Shown here piece by piece: positions 14,646 through 28,185 of a stretch of 64,000 nt of DNA. The translations under genes and the position numbers were made by a program. Source of the DNA: Phoronis australis (lineage: Eukaryota; Animalia; Phoronida); NCBI GenBank assembly GCA_002633005.1, contig NMRA01000516.1:219549-283548 (forward strand), read 5' to 3'. The notes beneath the pieces were generated by a model that saw nothing but the letters and a program-made list of their open reading frames with translations, ran no database searches and was not told where the DNA came from. Numbering within the stretch: the first letter of the stretch is position 1; the number at the start of each line of letters is the position of its first letter.

Positions 14646-16075
14646 GGTAGGTGGATACACAAAAAAAATTAATTTTGACCGTTTTTTTTACATTTTTATA
14701 TCATCCTAATCTTCAATTCTTCATGCACAGTATACTGAAGAAAAATAAAATCATTCTGAAAATCCAAAGTTGTTTTTTAAATTATATTTGACCAAGCTTC
14801 AGTAAGTCATATGGCTTGAGTGCTCACCAGCTCAGTGACTGACAACTGGGGCGGAGCTTATACAAGGACACTAGCTCTAATCTAACCCAGTCAACAAATA
14901 ATGCGTAACCGGGCAATCGAGAGTGCTGTACCTGCCAGCTGATATTGATGTTGAAGCATGGCCAAAAATGAAATAATTCTATTTTTGACCATGTGAAAGT
15001 TGGTGGTGAAATGGTGAACTAGCTCCTCTTCCGAACCTGAGCCTGTTTGTCTATCTGCAAAAAAAATTAAGTTGAGTACGCCAAGTTGTACCGAAGCCAT
15101 CACTGCACTCAGCTTGAGGAGTCAGTGCAGAAGTTGTGCGTGTGCAAGTCAGAAAGGCGAGGTGACTTGTGAAAGGACGCTGAGCGTCGACGTGGGTGGT
15201 GTTGCACGATTCGATGAGAGTGCATGCATGCGCTGTGAAGACTACATGCTGTCAGAGTAGAGTTTTCTGAGATAAACCGTGCTTCTGTGCTAGGAACGCG
15301 CCATGGAGAAACTAGGCTGCCAAACTCGGGGGATTTTTTAACTAACCGCCGGCCGTAACCCAAAGAATTAGAGAAATGACCTAAGTGTTCAACATAACAA
15401 AATTGTTCTCGTGCATAGATTCAAATATATCCCTGAATTAAAACTCATGATATTATACGATTTTAGTGGAAAGCAATATAAAAACTTTGGTAACTTGAGA
15501 ATCTCACCCAAGCGAGGCTATTTGTGCTGAAAGTGCTATTTTCTCATCCCAAAGTCCATTCGGTCAAAATGTTGGTGGTACAGGCACGTGAAATTGTTGA
15601 ACCATTACGATAAAAGTAGTTCTTTATCCTCGTCGCCAATATTGTTATGTAGACAGTAACACAGCGATTTGATATAACACATATATAGGTTGATGAAGAG
15701 ATGGTAACTACATATAATATTGGAATACTAACAAATAGGTCTATGTAATACAGTTAGAGAGTCTTTTTGCTTGCCCCAACTCACACGCAAAAAAGCCACA
15801 GAATCAAAGATCATAATGATTTTGTACATATATTTGGTATCTATAAGTAGAATATTGCATAAGGAAACAGTTGATGATAATCCCTGTGCATTTTGAAAAA
15901 AATCGAGGTAAAATTAGATTTTTTGAATAAAAAATATGATTTTTTAAAAAATCAAACTACAATAAAACCTTTTTTTCGCTTTTTGTCACTTTCAGAGTCA
16001 TTTCTAACTAGTTAAAACCCCTTTATACTTATTTTAGATAGGAACCTGGAGATTTGACCAGTGTATACACCTACC
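14646..16075. mobile_element. TTAA-flanked non-autonomous TIR element (Kolobok-like)
   Basis: TTAA-GGTAGGTGGATACAC ... GTGTATACACCTACC-TTAA (TIRs match 14/15), with RR..YY termini. Confidence 0.75.
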
Positions 16076-16079
16076 TTAA

Positions 16080-19000
16080 AGGAAAATGCCACCCAATTTA
16101 ACATGTGGTGAACACATCCACTACCACAAGAAACTGTAGGAACACTGCATTTATCCACCTTCACTCTTATCAGGCTTCTATTGGGAGTCAGCATGCATGA
16201 ATAATTGGTTGAGAAGCCACCTCTGGAACTACTTTTGGCTGAATGGATGACAAGGCCATAAAATGATAATTAGCCAAGACCAGTTAACTAATGCAACAAA
16301 GAATAATGTCGTAGCATCACCTAGCCTTGGTGAAAAGCTGTATACTGTATAGGCTCTAATAAACGCTTAGAAAAATTCATTTCACAAGGAGGGGACGCTG
16401 ATATGTAGCTTACGGCAGTTGAAACCCGGTTTCCCAAACGGGTAAAATTCATAAAATTTACGCTCTGTGACGTATTTGTAGCCTATGACAGTCTTTCTAC
16501 AAAATTGTGGTGCATTGCTATCAAATTCCGTTGTTAAAATTACTATAATTTTTCAAAATATTGTGCTCATCACAGGGCGAAAACTTGCCGACTGATGCGT
16601 CGCTGAATCGCGATAGTCAATATGAAAACTTGATTCTTGAATAAAAATATAGTTGAATAAAAATATAGTTTCGACTCAACAAGTTACTTGAAATCTTCCT
16701 TATGTTTTACAATTTTCAAAGTTCATGTGGAGTCCAGAATAATTGCCATAAAGTCCAAATCTGCGCTACATCATACCCCACAACACGAGAAAAATCTCTG
16801 AATGAACACACATGTTGTTGTCACATGACGTTTGTTTTGAAGTTCGTCTGCGCATGAGAGTGAGTGAGCGTGCATGTGCAGGTCATCGACGACAGACTTT
16901 TTTGTTACAAAAGGTGGAGGATTATGCAAGAAAATGGCGTTTATTAGATTGTTTTTCACTTAAACGGCTGCAACGTTCAAGGTGAGTGCTGGTTAACTCA
17001 CAGATTTTGTGTGCACAGGCCGACGGCCGTTAGCTCTACCGTGGACTATTAATAGTCCAAGGCTCGACGAGGTGAAGAGGTGAAGTACCCGGGCTGTGTA
17101 AAATTTCTGGGTCTAACGGAGACACTGACGCGGTGGTCAGCCAGCTCGCTGTATCAAGACTATAGTCAAAATCCAAATTTGTTTTATCGTGTCCCTGTCA
17201 ATAATAACGGCACGCTAAAATTTCTTAATTTTCGTACTTCAGGCACATTACAATCACGTGTTTTGTACACATACGCACACGCCGCAGATCACATCTCCGA
17301 AATTTCCGATTTGACGGATGACAATGAATGAGCACAATGGAATTAAACAACGTCGTTTTACAGCTTGTAAGATTCATAATAAACGTATTTTGAATATTGC
17401 AATGCAATGTGTTCCAAAATCTAAATAACTTAGGTCCTATATTTTTGTATTCGTGCGCGCCGAATGAAAGAAATCGTGAGTGTTGCTGTGTTGCAAAATC
17501 TCTTATCCTGGGCCGATTTGAAAAATTCAAAGTTGTACTCATATTTGATTTCGCTCCTCTTTTCAAATATTACAGTAAAAACTACGTAAAACTCTCACCA
17601 TAAAAAAGTACAGTCTGCTAGCTAGATTGTAATCAGCTGATCATATCCGCATGATCGAAGCCAATTATCCTCGCTCGTAACTCGATGAATAGAGCAGCTT
17701 GGTGGCATCCCTTTGATTGTGAGCCAAGCGCGACTCAGACAAGGTGGAGAAATACGGTCTAGTTCAATTTTCCAAACCCCACCGTTTACCCTGACAGGCG
17801 GGGTTTGGACCAATCTTATTTAGTGGGAATGTTTATAGCACGATTAGTCTTTTTTGCCATCTTAATCGGTCTATATCCACATCGCCTCACATACAGTCGA
17901 CCTTACCTTGCCAAGAGGTGTCGCGTTAAGCTGTGAGGAAGGTGAGAAACGACGCTAGCGACGTCAGTGGTTCATATGCAGAGTGAATGCCGCTATGTTG
18001 CGGTGCATCGTTCCCGCTTTTCCGAACTAAGCACCTGCGAGGAAAGCGGGTATTTCGTTTTTTTACTTCCTCGAGAGTCCGAAATGCTTAGGAAGTGGCT
18101 CATGGTAGTGAAGAATGAATTGTACGCTGTAAACAGCAAGTATGAGGCCGTGAAACATCTCCATGTCTGTGACCTGCAGACGTCAACAGTGCCTGACGAA
18201 TGCCGGCTTACTAAATAACTCCATACGTTCCGTAGTCTGAGCTTGTTCACGGCGCCTCTCTAGTATTTCTTCATCACTGTATTCCTGTTCGAACTGATAG
18301 CCTGTAAAACTTAATGATCCACCTGCCAAGTCGGGATTGCGAGTTGCCATGTAGGCGTTCAAAATGAATTATTTTCACCCTAGCCAATACTGATATAAAA
18401 CTGTAACAAAATCTGTCTCATTAGATGCAATTTGTAATGCCTTTGGAGTGTTTGTGAGTGCAAATGATTTGAGAAGGCAGCAATGAATAAATCACTGCGT
18501 TAACGGCTTTAGGTGCAATAAAACTAATTGACGGGACACCGAGGCCGTGTGAGCTCATGCTAATTTAGTGTTTGCTGGCAGAAACTGTTGTGAAATAACT
18601 CGATTTCCATCCCACGGCCAAGTGTTAGGGGAATCTTTATTTACATTTACATTACTCAAATAATGATTGTCAATGTACAATTTCTGCCCTGACGGTGCTG
18701 TGGCCAAAGCGGAACCTGAATTCGCAGCTCCCGACGAGTAAGTAGATTTGCAGTTTTGTGGCTAATTCACCAACATAATCACGTGCACATTACTTTGGCT
18801 CACTAGTATAGTATTTTCTTGACTGGAAGTTTAGGTTCCACTGAACTTTGGCTGGTTTATGTTCGTGACGTCTGATCAGTTTCCGAGCCACTGGCCAGGA
18901 TAACGAGTCAATCCCGGCGGCCGGCAGCAACAGGCCTGATTGGGCTCCGAGCCACTGGCCAGGATAACAAGCGTTTTGTGTCTAGAACTCAAAAAAATCA

Positions 19001-19451
19001 AAAAGTCTAAACAACACAGATCTATGTTCTCCTGTCTGTATCTCACGGAAAATACTTCGAAATTATCTCCGAACAGAGCCCAAACTCCTGCTACTGACCT
19101 TATTGGCCTGCCGAACTTTGTAGGCTACGGCGTGTCCAAATACCAATAAATCTGTAAAAGCGAAATAAAACATCATATTTTTATAAGAACTCGGCGTATT
19201 TTTAAGGGTTTTACATCAAAGTTTGATGATTTATTAGCGTTAAACGATGACTTCAAGCGATAAGTTGACACCAATAACCCGTGTTGTGAACTGCTGAACA
19301 GACTGCGTGTGAAACCGATGATGTCATTGGATAAATTCAACACCTCCACCTGCCGTCAGGTCAGGTAACGCAACCGAACCTGTCGTTATGGAGTAGAACT
19401 ACTCGATCTAAATTGAAACAAATTAGGTTGTTTTTTGGGTGGCATGCTCCT
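16080..19451. mobile_element. Second TTAA-flanked Kolobok-like element with a THAP-domain relic and nested repeats
   Basis: TTAA-AGGAAAATGCCACCCAA ... TTGGGTGGCATGCTCCT-TTAA (15/17). About 17985-18180 encodes frameshifted MPLCCGA..FLLPRESEMLRKWLMVV..HLHVC. Confidence 0.55.
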
Positions 19452-19535
19452 TTAAATACAACAGTTGATGTCAGTCAAGCATCCTGCTGTTCTTTTATTT
19501 TAAACATTTCCAGTTGTTATATACACAATATCAGC

Positions 19536-21267
19536 AGTTATTTGACTTTGAATTTTTTAAAGAAAACGCAAAATTTATTTTTTTTCGAAAAATTTACGGA
19601 ATTGTGTGATACTATCAATTTAGATCGAGTTTTGAACGGGCTTTCAGAAGATATTTTTCATTTTCCGCTACGACGTCTACTTTTCGAATTATTTGAGATT
19701 TTCTGATAGCGCTGTTGCTTTGTTGAGCGCTCTTACTACCTTGATGTTGGTTAAGCTTCAACTGAACAAGACTGTAGCCTATTTCATATTCATTTAAGAC
19801 ATCTAAGTTCGTCATATGAATGTCATGATGTTTGTTCATCATCGCACCCACCATCATCATATTCGTCATCTTCCTCATCATCTTCGTCATCATCTCCGTC
19901 GTGCGTTCAGTTAAATTCACCAAGTGTCGCTCAAGACTGTAGGCTATTTCTTACTGATTTCGGACTTCTACGTTTGTCATGTGTATGTTATTATTACTTC
20001 TATTGTTCATCCTCGCCACCATCGTCGTCATATTCGTCATCATCTTTATCATCATCTTGTTGGTTAATTTCGCCAAGTGTCGCTCCTCGGAGAGCTTTCA
20101 TTTTTGTTTGTTCGCTCTCTACAGGTCGCAATTTTCGTAAGATCCTCACGAAATTTGCATACAACGTGTGGATCATAAAGTCCTGGAAGCCTTTTGTTTT
20201 TGGTCATGATCGGATTCAAAATGGCGGACGTGGTGGCCATTTTGTTCCCAATTTCACATTCAAATGCTCATAGAGGCAGCATTTTTTGACGTACAGAGCT
20301 GAAACAGGGTAAGATTATTATAGAAGAGATGTGCTACAACTGTGCCGAAAAACGTTGACTTCCGCTTAAAGATGGCAGAAATATTGACGATGGTGCATGC
20401 GCACCTTGATATCTGGCCGAAAAAGTTTTCTCCTGTAGAGGGCGCATTGGCGAACCAATCACTTTCAAACTGGTCACGTGTTTCTTGCAATTGATCAGCT
20501 TTATAAAATTTTGTTCCGCCCGAAGTCACGTTTAAGGTGGCGACTTTGGTGCATTTTCACCCATTTTCAATCGTTCTACGGTCGCCTTTTTAACGGGAAG
20601 AGCAAATGATATGAATGTTTGCATGTGGATTCCTTGAAGTATGCTCTTTCAAAAGTTCTGCGATAACGGTTTTCTCAGACTTACCGTTTTCGAGTTCCTT
20701 GACTTTGAATTTCAAAAAAACGCAAAATTTCAATTTTTTCAAAAAAATTATGGAATGTTGCGAAACTATCAATCTAGATGTCTTGGACGGGCTTTCAGAA
20801 GATATTTTCCATTTTTCGCTACGACGTCTAACTTCTTGAATTATTCAAGATTTTCTGATAGCGCTGTTCCTTTGTTGACAGCTCTTGCTGCATTGATGTT
20901 GGTTTAGCTTCTATTGAACTAGACTGTAGCCTATTTCTTATTGATTTAAGATATCTAAGTTCGTCATATGAATGTTATGATGTTGTTGATAATCGCCACC
21001 ACCATCATCATATTCGTCATCATCTCCGACGTCTTTTCTTCAGTTAATTTCGCCAAGTGTCGCTCAAGACTGTAGCCTATTTCTTAGTGATTTCTGACCT
21101 CTACGTTCGTCATATAAATGATATAACTTGCATTGTCCATCATCGCCAACATCGGCGTCATAGCTGTCATCTTCGTCATCATCTCTGTCGTCGTCTTTTC
21201 ACGTCATCTCTAATGTGGTTTTTTGGTTAATTTCGCCAAGTTTTGCTCCTCGGAGCGCTTTCATTAT
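19536..21267 (-). mobile_element. HINE-like element copy (same family)
   Basis: Same modules and the same GGAGCGCTTTCATT terminus; its end is repeated at 25046-25320. Confidence 0.7.
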
Positions 21268-22387
21268 TGTCATTGATCTTTTAAATAGGGGAATCGCACG
21301 CTTCCTTAACCGAGAGGTGGGCGTTTAAAGTTCTTATCTTAAAATGCCAATGTGGTTCCAATATCCGAAAATACTTAGTAAATAAAATCTTATTTTCGAT
21401 ACACTTTCGTTATATTCTTTTCGCCTTTCGTGCCACAAGTGTTTTTTTTTTGCCTGTATTTGACCATTCTTTATGAGCAGATAATTACCGGCTGTCATCG
21501 GTTATTTCCGCACCCACATTTCCGGCTCATCAGTTCAGGAACTTGCCCTGAACGCTGCCATTTTTTCCTTATAACTGAATGTGCTATCGCTTGCTCCAAA
21601 AGTCTTCATTATTCTGTTTTATTAGTAATATCTCGTGATTCGTTTGTATATATAGTATATTTATAGTTCATAGTTAGTGGTCATTAAATTTTTTGGAATG
21701 TTACGCGTACTTTTGTTTATTACAGTGTTTTCTCTATTAGTTCGTACACCTGTGTATGGACTATTTTTCCCTCGAGAGCTTCCTGTACGAATTAATACAG
21801 ACGAAATTGGCCATAAGAACTATTAGAGAAGAAAGTCGAGTGTTCAAATTATTAGAGATAAAGATCGACAACAACGAGTGCAACAGGACAGCCTCCTGGA
21901 TGGTGGTTTAGCAATGTGAATTATAACAACAAGTAACAAATTATTTTCCCGGGTGATGGATTTACTTCAGAATATAATACTTGAACTCTTTGTCACTTTA
22001 TTTTCTTCCCATTCAAGTGCAAACTTCAAGAGCCACACCGCCTTCGGAACCTCCGCTTTCTGTGGTGTTGTCTGCCGCATTTTTTTCCTACTGCAGTACA
22101 CTAGATAAAAGATGCATTCGAAAAAATCAGGCCAAAGAAATGTGACAGTGGTTTTGCCAACACACCCAATTCAGTTTAGAAGGGAAGCTCTCGGATTTTG
22201 AACAATTCTCAAACCTCACGGAAAGGTGTCAAGTTCTCCCTATTTTGATGAAATTTCCTCGACTTAGTTTTCTGGAAATGTATTTTGCCGCGTTACCAAG
22301 GAGCCCTGGCAATGGAAAGGACAGTGTCCCTCACAGGGTTAATTTGCTGCCTACGTTTCTGGGTATTTGTGTGTGATCTTGAAAAAA

Positions 22388-23000
22388 TAAACAAGAGCAA
22401 TGCGGAGCGTTGAAATGCGCCCACGAATGCATTGCAAATGGTGTGCTTTTAGGGTTATTTATTTGTATCATAAAAATGGCCACTAGATGGCGCAAAAACA
22501 TATAATCCATCCAAAAACAGGAACATGCCATATTTCATAAAAATCTGTCAAGGAACTTCAGAGAAACAAAGGAAAACAGAATAAAAATGAAACCGCCACT
22601 AGTGGGCACAGTGTCCGTTGGATCCGCCTGAAAGTCGTCATCTGTTGTTGTCTTCATATAAATACACTTACTAAATTTAGTAAAGATCCTGCAGTGGGTT
22701 TAAGAGATCTATACAACTATGGGCGCAAAACAAAACTACCACTAGGAGGTACCACAGTTAGTCAGTCACCATGATCAAAGGTCGTCTTCACACTGAGAAC
22801 ATATATGCCAATTTTCGAATGATTTGGTTGATACAGGGGTGGACACCAAAAACAAGATTTGAAAACACCAAAAATGGCCAGCAAGAGGCGCAAACTACGT
22901 TGCATCCATCTGAAAACGGTAGGAAAGCGTCATCTCACTAATATGTACCTACATATCAAATTTCTTAAAATTCCATTCAGAACTAGAAAGCATCGCTAAA
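22388..23000 (+). repeat. Second HINE-like family with ~115-145 bp internal tandem units
   Basis: Starts AACAAGAGC and has four diverged units, each with a CCACTAG(A/G)TGGCGC-like core. Confidence 0.45.
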
Positions 23001-24627
23001 GAACTTAACATAAGCGCATTTTTAAGTGTCAGTTAAAACGTATATTCATTGAAAAGGTGAATCTTGTGACCCCGCGGACTCACGGATTTGGCCATCGCCT
23101 GTGAAACGTGTTGAACTTGAATAACACAGAAACCGATGAGTGTTCAGCAGCTCCTGTCAAACTAGCTGAGGAGCTACGTGTTGCCTTCAAGGAAAGTAGA
23201 ACATTCTATTTTCCCCGGCCTGGGAACTGACAGTCTTTCCAGTATGGCCTAACAGCGCTGCCACAGACGCCGGGAGGGTAGGCCTACAATAAACTGGATC
23301 AGTGAAAACCTGGCGCCATTAAAAGGCCACACATAAATTCCAGTTCATGACAGTGGTTTTCTGTTCAGTGACTTTACCAGATGTAGAGGGTTGTAAGCGT
23401 GTGATAACATTTAGCCTCTTTATTACCTGCCAAGCATGTGACAGTCAAACCCAGAGCCGATTGGTACATTAGGAAATAAATAGATTGTCGTAACTTCGGT
23501 TGTAGTTGGGTGATTTTGGCGATTAAAAAACTAAACATGATTACCATTTGACGAGGATTCCAGAAATGCTATTGGTTTATGTTCAAATATATTATAACTC
23601 AACTTTTATTTTTAGCAGCACAGCCCAGTCACTGAGCCAGGCTATGCGATCTTACTCGAGATTAGCGCAATTAGGCCTATCGAACAAAAGAGTTGGACCT
23701 CTAGTCTAATCATAAATGCCAGAATGGAGTTAATCAGTCGTGTAAGATATTGGCTGCAGGGGTGTTCTTCCCAACTTGTTGTTGGGGTATAGAATTGAAC
23801 AAGTTGGGAGCAACGGGAAAACGCCGTAATGAACATGACCTTGGCCTTGGGCCGGACCGGTCTCAAGCGAGAGGTTTTGCTCTTAGGCCTACTCTAAGGC
23901 TTATTATATTAGGCCTACTTCTATCAACACAACAATAATTTCAAAGTCAAATCAAGTCCATTTATTTATAGTCGGTTAAAGTAAAACAAGAAGCAAGGAA
24001 ACCATCAAAAGATACCTCATAAACATGTAATTTATTTGCTCAGCAAAATACGTACCTATAAACTGCAACATTACTTTTCAAACTGTCAAAAACCACGGCC
24101 TCGTCCCAAACCCTTCGCTCTCAGCAAATTCAAAACATGTGGCTATGACATGTAGACGAGTATATTTTGATAAGGGGGTAGAGAGATTGTCATTGTTGGA
24201 AAATTATAGTTTAACCACCTCAAAAACAACTCTATGGCAAAAGATTTAGTTGATTCTGAAACAAATCACGCATTTAATCTAATTTGTGCTCTTTTAATGA
24301 AATTGCAGTTCACATGTTTCTATTTTCAAAACGTATCACACCCCGGCTGCTGCAACTTGCCCTGAGATTTCTTGACGTTGCTTTTTTGCTCTAAAATTTT
24401 CTGTGGTGTCACAAGTCGATGGAGGTATTGGAATGACGTCATCTTAAAGAAATTAGTGTTCTTTTAATGAAATGTAGCGTGTTGCTTAATATTTTGGCCT
24501 CTAAAAATACAAATCGAAGGTGACAGTCTGATCAACAAGTGGAAAGTTGTTTTGGTCATAATCTCACAACGAGGCCAAGGAATCCCCCAATGGCGGAGAG
24601 TGAATTGCTGAAGGTAGGCACAAGATT

Positions 24628-24783
24628 CAAGGATCCATCCTGGGACCCCTTCTCTTTAATATTTTCATGAATGACATCTTCTTCTTTGTGAAAAAATCTT
24701 CACTGGTCAACTACACAGATGACAACACCCTCTCCATCTCCGACAACAACCCACTCTCCGTTACTGAAACTCTAAGAGATAGT
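24628..24783 (+). mobile_element. Duplicate (allelic) 5' part of the same LINE, interrupted at 24784 by unrelated sequence
   Basis: Near-identical to 26383-26539 (YTDD instead of YADD). Switches to CGGACGTAGCGGTCCC... up to the N at 25045. Confidence 0.8.
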
Positions 24784-26382
24784 CGGACGTAGCGGTCCCA
24801 CTTTCAACCACCATAACTTCTTTACTTTTTAATCTACAATCATGATTTTAGTATCCACGTGTTCACTAGGCGTATAGAAGTTCATCTGTGGCGTTGATTT
24901 TCCCATACCTTCATCCCATGTTTAATTAATTGACTTTAAAGTTCGAGTTCTTTTTCCGACTTGGTTGCCAGTCGGTTACACGCACAGTGACGTCATAGGA
25001 ATGCCCGACACCTACCGGCGATTGTGTGCGTTCATTGTCAGGGTNATAATCGCCACCACCATCATCATATTCGTCATCATCTTCGACGTCTTTTCTTCAG
25101 TTAATTTCGCCAAGTGTCGCTCAAGACTGTAGCCTATTTCTTAGTGATTTCTGACCTCTACGTTCGTCATATGAATGATATAACTTGCGTTGTCCATCAT
25201 CGCCAACATCGGCGTCATAGCTGTCATCTTCATCATCTCTGTCGTCGTCTTTTCACGTCATCTCTAACGTGGTTTTTTGGTTAATTTCGCCAAGTTTTGC
25301 TCCTCGGAGCGCTTTCATTATTGTCATTGATCTTTTTAATAGGGGAATCGCACGCTTCCTTAACCGAGAGGTGGGCGTTTAAAGTTCTTATCTTAAAATG
25401 CCAATGTGGTTCCAATATCCGAAAATACTTAATAAATAAAATCTTATTTTCGATACACTTTCGTTATATTCTTTTCGCCTTTCGTGCCACAAGTGTTTTT
25501 CTTGCCTGTATTTGACCATTCTCTATGAGCAGATAATTACCGGCTGTCATCGGTTATTTCCGCACCCACATTTCCGGCTCATCATTTCAGGAACTTGCCT
25601 TGGGCCGGACCGGTCTCAAGCGAGAGGTTTTGCTCTTAGGCCTACTCTAAGGCTTATTATATTAGGCCTACTTCTATCAACACAACAGTAATTTCAAAGT
25701 CAAATCAAGTCCATTTATTTATAGTCGGTTAAAGTAAAACAAGAAGCAAGGAAACCATCAAAAGATACCTCATAAGCATGTAATTTATTTGCTCAGCAAA
25801 ATACGTACCTATAAACTGCAACATTACTTTTCAAACTGTCTAAAACCACGGCCTCGTCCCAAACCCTTCGCTCTCAGCAAATTCAAAACATGTGGCTATG
25901 ACATGTAGACGAGTATATTTTGATAAGGGGGTAGAGAGATTGTCATTGTTGGAAAATTATAGTTTAACCACCTCAAAAACAACTCTGTGGCAAAAGATTT
26001 AGTTGATTCTGAAACAAATTACGCATTTCATCTAATTTGTGCTCTTTTAATGAAATTGCAGTTCACATGTTTCTATTTTCAAAACGTATCACACCCCGGC
26101 TGCCCTGAGATTTCTTGACTGACGGTGCTTTTTTGCTCTAAAACTTTCTGTGGTGTCACAAGTCGATGGAGGTATTGGAATGACGTCATCTTAAAGAAAT
26201 TAGTGTTCTTTTAATGAAATGTAGCGTGTTGCTTAATATTTTGGCCTCTAAAAATACAAATCGAAGGTGACACTCTGATCAACAAGTGGAAAGTTGTTTT
26301 GGTCATAATCTCACAACGAGGCCACGGAATCCCCCAAGACCGCAATGGCGGAGAGTGAATTGCTGAAGGTAGGCACAAGATT

Positions 26383-27597
26383 CAAGGATCCATCCTGGGA
26401 CCCCTTCTCTTTAATATTTTCATGAATGACATCTTCTTCTTTGTGAAAAAATCTACACTGGTCAACTACGCAGATGACAACACCCTCTCCATCTCCGACA
26501 ACAACCCACTCTCCGTTACTGAAACTCTAAGAGATAGTGAATCACTCATCAAAATCAACTGGTTCGCTGTAAATGGAATGCAAGCAAATCCTGACAAATT
26601 CCAAGCAATCTGCATAGGAAAAAATGAACACATTCTGTAAAACCCTCTCCATTGGAAATTGCGAAATACCTTGTGAGCCGAAAGTTAAACTTCTAGGAAT
26701 AGCCATTGATACCAACCTAACTTTTGACTCCCATATTTCGAACATTTGCAAAAGAGCCTCACAACAAATAAACGTTTCTAAGAAGACTTGGACACCATCT
26801 TACGATGAAGGATAGACTTGCCATTTTTCTCTCCTTCATACTTTCAAGTTTCAACTACTGCCCCCTCTTGTGGCATTTTTGCTCGAAAGAAAATACACTC
26901 AAACTTGAAAAACTTCAGCTCAGAGCCCTACGTTTTGTTTACAATGACATTAGCACGCAGGACCAACTACTCTCTCTAGCTAACAAACCTCCCCTTCATC
27001 TACACAGACTTCGACTTATTGCAGTAGAAGTATTTAAAATCCTTCATGGTAAATCACCCAAGGCACTTTCTTCACTTGTAAAGAAGCAAGAAAACAATTA
27101 CTCCTTTCGCTACAGCAACCTTCTAGCTTTTCCTCAAGGTAAATCTGTTAAATATGAAAAACAATCTTTTCGCTTCGAGGCTGCTTGGGTCTTGAACAGT
27201 CTACCGAATCTGTTGCGCACAACAGAGTCTTTCACCATTTTCCATGGACTGATTCGGACCTGGACTGGCCCTAAATGCAGCTGCTCTCTTTGTAAACACT
27301 CCAGGTTATGCTGTAATTAGTGTATACACTCGTTTCTCTTATGATTTATCTAGATTATAGCATTTACACCTGTACCCATTATTGTTTATGCTTATTTGAC
27401 CCTAGCTAGTACACAGTTTAGCGACTACGACAACTTTATTTTTATTTACATGCAATTATACCTCTGTGTTATTCTCCACCTCTAGCTTAAGTTCCATTTT
27501 CTTCATGTTTTTCTGTTAAATTTAATGTCGTAGTAATAGCTCAACTGGCTAATGTTAATCTGTTCTCCGAACGACGTTAAATAAAGCTTCTTGAATC
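26383..27597 (+). mobile_element. 5'-truncated CR1/L2-group LINE (RT C-terminus + 3' UTR)
   Basis: QGSILGPLLFNIFMND, YADD, NPDKFQ, KLLGIAID..LTF..HI and YCPLLW motifs, broken by stops and frameshifts. Ends AATAAAGCTTCTTGAATC. Confidence 0.9.
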
Positions 27598-28185
27598 ATG
27601 AGGCCTTCTAAAGGTTATTGACCGCTAATAAGAAGGTCCCCTGTACAAAATAAATACATGGAAATACAAAAATCAGTGGGAATACTTAAGAAAACAAAGT
27701 GAATTAGTGCTGAAATGTCAACAGCCATAATTTTGAGAATTATTAATTAGTAAATAACTACCACATGATTCTCACTCATGGAATAAGACATTCTTTCCTT
27801 GAACAGTCGCGGACTGGAATAGCTTGCAAGCTGGGCTGCATCATGTAACTTTAGCCTATGAGCCATGTCTGTAGTGCAACAAACTTCTGACAAAGAGCGC
27901 ATCGCTCGAAACGGGATATTTTATTATATTTTAGTACCGACGCTCGTCATTTATATATATATCCTTTAAACCTGTTATAGTTGTTTTCGTTTGTGTTGAT
28001 CTTCATTGTTATACAGTGACATTATACTCTGGAGAGAGTGTGGTCACTTAAACCAAGAAGAAAAAGAAGGGAATTAGCTGACCTTTCATTGTCACACCTG
28101 ACCGTTCATTGTCGCTGTCACTGTCGGACCTAGCCATCCAGCTAGCTGTATAAAGACTATGGTCAAAATACAGTTGGGTACCTAC

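Noticed and set aside
16012-16245. Possible - strand exon (also 7292-7468)
   Set aside because: Splice-like sites exist, but there is no consistent frame, partner exon or recognisable product.
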